Virus record (IMG/VR): IMGVR_UViG_2713896834_000003
Location: 1-6,615 of that record
DNA from: a virus
Lineage: Duplodnaviria; Heunggongvirae; Uroviricota; Caudoviricetes
Strand: one strand, 5' to 3'
Length of the DNA stretch: 6,615 bases
Shown: piece after piece, positions 6,286 to 6,615 of the stretch
How positions within the stretch are numbered: position 1 is the stretch's first letter
Layout: every line of letters starts with the position of its first letter
Translations under genes and position numbers: made by a program
Notes under the pieces: generated by a model
What the model saw: the letters and a program-made list of their open reading frames with translations, nothing else
What the model was told of the DNA's origin: nothing
Database searches by the model: none

Positions 6286-6615
6286 TCATATCGCCCCCAG
6301 CATGGTAGTAACCATCGCCATCAATGGACCAGCCAGATCTGGGTCCACACGAAACATCGACACAATACCTTCACTAATTTCCTTCAGTTTCTGGTGGCGT
6401 GGTGCGTTGAGAATGACAGCCTGTTTTGCCTCACTGAGTTCCTTTTCCATTTCAGCCAACCTAGCCATGAAGCTATCCTGCTCAACCAGGTAACCGCGAT
6501 ATTCCAGCGGTAGTACCGCCAGAATTGCCGGGGTCAGTTCACGCACGTTATTTCGGTATTTTTCAGAATCGAATTTGTTATCGAGGAAGCGGAACAGCTT
6601 CTGGCGTGCACGGCT
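6286..6615 (-). CDS. Hypothetical protein, C-terminal part only (5' end lies beyond the window); occupies the position upstream of O
   Basis: The minus-strand frame is open from the window edge (…SRARQKLFRFLDNKFDSEKYRNNVRELTPAILAVLPLEYRGYLVEQDSFMARLAEMEKELSEAKQ…TMLGAI) to TGA at 6288..6286. It does not resemble lambda cII. Its stop overlaps an ATG in the O frame. Confidence 0.5.
   Translation of the reverse strand, partial: SRARQKLFRFLDNKFDSEKYRNNVRELTPAILAVLPLEYRGYLVEQDSFMARLAEMEKELSEAKQAVILNAPRHQKLKEISEGIVSMFRVDPDLAGPLMAMVTTMLGAI

Noticed and set aside
6217-6513. Plus-strand ORFs (6217-6513, 6302-6493) at the right end
   Set aside because: Antisense to the open minus-strand frame that is coupled to O; no supporting features.
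6286-6615. Calling the gene upstream of O as cII
   Set aside because: Position fits but the translated sequence bears no resemblance to lambda cII as I recall it, and it is longer than cII within the window alone.
1-6615. Insertion sequence, transposon, CRISPR array, tRNA or integrase/attachment site
   Set aside because: No transposase- or integrase-like ORF, no terminal inverted repeats flanking the cargo, no repeat-spacer array and no tRNA-like cloverleaf were seen.

Overview
This window reads as an internal segment of a lambdoid prophage (mosaic of lambda-like and DLP12-like modules, enterobacterial), with the early-right operon on the minus strand running from high to low coordinates. 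Order on the minus strand: a partial unidentified ORF running off the right edge, replication gene O with ori iterons embedded in it, P, ren, a cargo insert, then the nin-type block ybcN (NinB-family), ninE, ybcO, rusA, ylcG, and a phage-82-type Q antiterminator, followed by a candidate late promoter and a clear intrinsic terminator. The cargo insert between ren and ybcN is the most interesting part: a translationally coupled pair of outer-membrane lipoprotein genes (one SlyB-like glycine-zipper protein, one of unknown family) and a divergently oriented, very AT-rich small two-helix membrane ORF. Where lysis genes would normally follow Q, there is instead a convergent plus-strand Blc-family lipocalin ORF that has no signal peptide, no lipobox and no in-frame ATG. 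All protein identifications rest on reading the six-frame translations and on my recollection of these families; no database search or computation was run. No tRNA, rRNA, CRISPR array or transposase was seen.
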